From positions 1 to 6,048 of IMG/VR virus record IMGVR_UViG_2667527717_000014: 6,048 nucleotides of DNA; one strand, written 5' to 3'. The stretch's first letter is position 1, and the number at the start of each line of letters is the position of its first letter. This document shows, piece by piece, positions 5,207-6,048 of this stretch. The notes below the pieces were generated by a model. It did not search any database. It was not told where the DNA came from and saw nothing but the letters and a program-made list of their open reading frames with translations. This stretch comes from a virus. Lineage: Duplodnaviria; Heunggongvirae; Uroviricota; Caudoviricetes. The position numbers were made by a program, and so were the translations under genes.

Positions 5207-5468
5207 CGTTGTTCACCTCTCTCGCATCCTTTAGTGGTAGATTTTGATGGCTAGGCAAAGCATCCGTTGGATTAGGGTAAAGAACTGAGTCGAGCTGATG
5301 CGGTGTAACTGCATACCCTACGGCCTCACAAAAAGGAATAATTCGTCGCGGTGGGAATTTTCCTGTTGTAACCCATAGACTTACGTTTTGCTGACTAGTT
5401 TTAAGACGTCGGGCGATCTCGGTCTGATTAGTGATGCCGAATAGTCGGCTCCTGGTTTTAAATTCCAT
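5193..5468 (-). CDS. ydaS: Cro/YdaS-like HTH DNA-binding protein (first gene of the early operon)
   Basis: ATG at 5468..5466 with GGAGG 4 nt upstream; the track's GTG 5486 extension is rejected. HTH-like segment QTEIARRLKTSQQNVSLWV. Divergent from the repressor gene across the operator region, with the YdaT-like gene immediately downstream. Confidence 0.75.
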   Translation of the reverse strand: MEFKTRSRLFGITNQTEIARRLKTSQQNVSLWVTTGKFPPRRIIPFCEAVGYAVTPHQLDSVLYPNPTDALPSHQNLPLKDAREVNNDDHP

Positions 5469-5570
5469 ATATCCTCCAAATGTCACACTTGTATAAATAC
5501 AGCATGAACTTGTATTTTACAAATTTAAATTTGTGTGACGCTAACAAAATTTACTTGTAAAATATGAGGT
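5469..5570. promoter_or_regulatory. Divergent promoter/operator region between the repressor and Cro-like genes
   Basis: Perfect 16-bp palindrome ACAAATTTAAATTTGT (5519-5534). TTGTA-TTT-TACAA (5510-5522) and TTGTA-TAAA-TACAg (5489-5502) sites. ACTTGTA recurs three times (5487-5493, 5508-5514, 5553-5559). Candidate minus-strand promoter: -35 TTGTAA (5522-5517), -10 TATTTA (5499-5494). Candidate plus-strand -10 TAAAAT (5558-5563), only ~8 nt before ATG 5571. Confidence 0.6.
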
Positions 5571-6041
5571 ATGAAAAAAAACAACGAATCAGCTCAATAC
5601 GAGACTTCAGCCAGAAGGATCAAACAGGTCCTGTATGAATTAGGCTGGAACCAAAGTCGCCTGGCTAAAGAAATTGGGGTTTCAGCTCAGGCGGTACAAC
5701 AATGGGCAAAAGGTACTTCTCGACCGAATGGCCCTAATCTAACTCGACTTTCTGAAGTCACAAGCAAACCTGAAGCATGGTTTTTCAGTGATGTCAGCGG
5801 GTTATCTGAGAGTCATGCAGTACATTTACCAGAAAGTAATGGTTCAGACTTTCTCCCGCTTAGCGATGAAGAGATCAGACTGCTAACTGTCTTCAGGAAA
5901 TTTCCTTCTGTAGAGAGTAAAAACATGCTGTTAGCGTTTGAGATGAGACTTCNGCGCCGCTTCAGTTCACTCTTCAGGGCGGGGGTGAAATGGCTGGTAA
6001 TAAATGACGGACACAGACGGAAACCACGTCGTAGCCAGTGA
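5571..6041 (+). CDS. CI/RacR-like prophage repressor (XRE-family HTH, no obvious S24 peptidase domain)
   Basis: HTH segment QSRLAKEIGVSAQAVQQWAKGTSRP; 156 aa; divergent from the Cro-like gene. One ambiguous base at 5953 gives X in the C-terminal region, so the C-terminus may be affected by sequence quality. Confidence 0.8.
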   Translation: MKKNNESAQYETSARRIKQVLYELGWNQSRLAKEIGVSAQAVQQWAKGTSRPNGPNLTRLSEVTSKPEAWFFSDVSGLSESHAVHLPESNGSDFLPLSDEEIRLLTVFRKFPSVESKNMLLAFEMRLXRRFSSLFRAGVKWLVINDGHRRKPRRSQ

Positions 6042-6048
6042 AATAAAC

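Noticed and set aside
1-6048. CRISPR arrays, rRNA or tRNA genes, and insertion-sequence transposases
   Set aside because: No regularly spaced direct repeats, no rRNA-like conserved blocks or cloverleaf candidates, and no transposase-like ORF with terminal inverted repeats seen on either strand.

Overview
The window reads as the immunity/early-replication region of an enterobacterial lambdoid (Rac/YdaS-YdaT-type) prophage at roughly 50% GC, abutting a sharply AT-rich cargo segment (about 51-900, roughly 25-30% GC on sampled lines). From right to left: an XRE-HTH CI/RacR-like repressor (+ strand, 5571..6041) faces a divergent minus-strand early operon across a ~100-bp operator region rich in palindromes. 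That operon encodes a Cro/YdaS-like protein, a YdaT-like (CII-analogue) protein and a 73-aa protein. A ~590-bp segment bounded by an exact 17-bp direct repeat then carries an opposite-strand 70-aa gene whose Shine-Dalgarno sequence is buried in an 11-bp stem and which ends at a strong intrinsic terminator. Next on the minus strand come a DUF1376-type replication initiator, a DnaC-like helicase loader, a 246-aa protein with an internal tandem duplication, two small ORFs and a terminator hairpin. Beyond the terminator lies the AT-rich segment, which carries a 196-aa polytopic membrane protein ORF (291..881, minus) that is absent from the supplied ORF track, followed by a second hydrophobic ORF running off the window edge. 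Ambiguous bases at 33-50 and 5953 indicate draft-quality sequence. No rRNA, tRNA or CRISPR array was recognised. All homology statements are from memory of the protein families; no searches were run.
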